In this document: positions 64,000-64,000 of the stretch, one piece after another | Numbering within the stretch: position 1 is the first letter of the stretch | Layout: every line of letters begins with the position of its first letter | Assembly: GCA_902582105.1 (NCBI GenBank) | Contig: CACHQT010000001.1 | Span: forward strand, 10,681-74,680 | DNA: 64,000 bases | DNA from: an uncultured Pelagibacteraceae bacterium | Lineage (GTDB): Bacteria > Pseudomonadota > Alphaproteobacteria > Pelagibacterales > Pelagibacteraceae | Reading direction: 5' to 3' | Program-made: the position numbers and the translations under genes | Notes under the pieces: model-generated | Database searches by the model: none | What the model saw: the letters and a program-made list of their open reading frames with translations, nothing else | What the model was told of the DNA's origin: nothing

Positions 64000-64000
64000 A

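Overview
This is an AT-rich, densely packed alphaproteobacterial window. Gene content, gene order and a stand-alone 5S rRNA gene point to SAR11/Pelagibacterales (inferred, no search run). Positions 1-~15,000 are the distal end of the cell-surface hypervariable island (HVR2-like) bounded by the 5S gene. It holds glycosyltransferases, gmd/fcl, WecA-like and O-antigen-ligase-like genes, two GT-C-like membrane proteins and a four-gene sulfation module. The rest is core genome: rpmJ-pntAB-tal, tkt-gap-pgk-fba-thiE-efp-suhB-rpmE-trcR-rpsU-tRNA-fMet, zapA-ygfA-ymdB-yebC-resolvase-tolQRAB-pal-cpoB-tilS-ftsH-folP-glmM-thiD-purA, rpoH, rluD, tRNA-Arg, an ABC-2 pair, sua5, xseB-ispA-dxs, aroC, pdxH, ispB, sppA-glyQS-ppdK, nadAC, tRNA-Leu, ygfZ and pyrC. 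No transposase, integrase or CRISPR array was seen. The best leads are: (1) a coupled module of arylsulfotransferase, 'AxA|YIGPG' micro-protein, membrane protein and PAPS sulfotransferase, possibly a tyrosine-based sulfate relay; (2) rpsU apparently starting at AUU behind a strong Shine-Dalgarno, suggesting bS21/IF3 autoregulation; (3) ygfA split by a +1 frameshift at an A6-C8-A6 tract, with no 6S RNA at its usual position; (4) a MOC1/phage-type resolvase in place of ruvCAB; (5) tRNA-Arg(UCG) on an ACG-type body.
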